Positions 34,350-34,439 of a stretch of DNA of 34,439 bases are shown here, one piece after another (the first letter of the stretch is position 1; the number at the start of each line of letters is the position of its first letter). Origin of the DNA: Octopus bimaculoides (taxonomy: Eukaryota); NCBI RefSeq assembly GCF_001194135.2, contig NC_068989.1, positions 23,005,717-23,040,155 of the forward strand, given 5' to 3'. Made by a program: the position numbers and the translations under genes. Below the pieces are notes generated by a model that made no database searches, had not been told where the DNA came from, and worked only from the letters and a program-made list of their open reading frames with translations.

Positions 34350-34439
34350 GTAAGTATGTATGTATGTAAGTAAGTATGTATGTATGTATGCATGTATATA
34401 TGTATATATGATTGCATGTCTATTAACGTACATATATAT

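Overview
AT-rich eukaryotic (animal) genomic window dense in microsatellites and transposons, with ten N-gaps totalling about 4.4 kb, most of them abutting simple repeats. The SINE families and microsatellite load look octopus/cephalopod-like to me; this is inferred from recalled repeat sequences and not verified. There is no intact multi-exon host gene. Host-derived sequence is limited to an intronless, degraded Homer copy (23285-24250) whose EVH1 domain is still open as a 186-codon ORF lacking the coiled coil, plus one plausible 132-bp phase-1 exon (7310-7441). The rest is fossil mobile DNA. Non-LTR retroelements: a HERO-like RLE LINE, three 5'-truncated RLE LINE copies each bracketed by (TACA)n, Tx1/L1-like and Penelope-like RT fragments, and three SINE families. 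LTR elements: two Mag-like Gypsy relics. DNA transposons: Tc1, maT (DD37D), mariner, an internally deleted Tc1/mariner derivative, Chapaev3-like and hAT. Nearly all long ORFs in the supplied track are artefacts of gaps or microsatellites. The two most interesting leads are a likely (TACA)n-microsatellite-targeting RLE LINE lineage and a Homer1a-like truncated Homer retrocopy. Both are hypotheses that need the checks listed.
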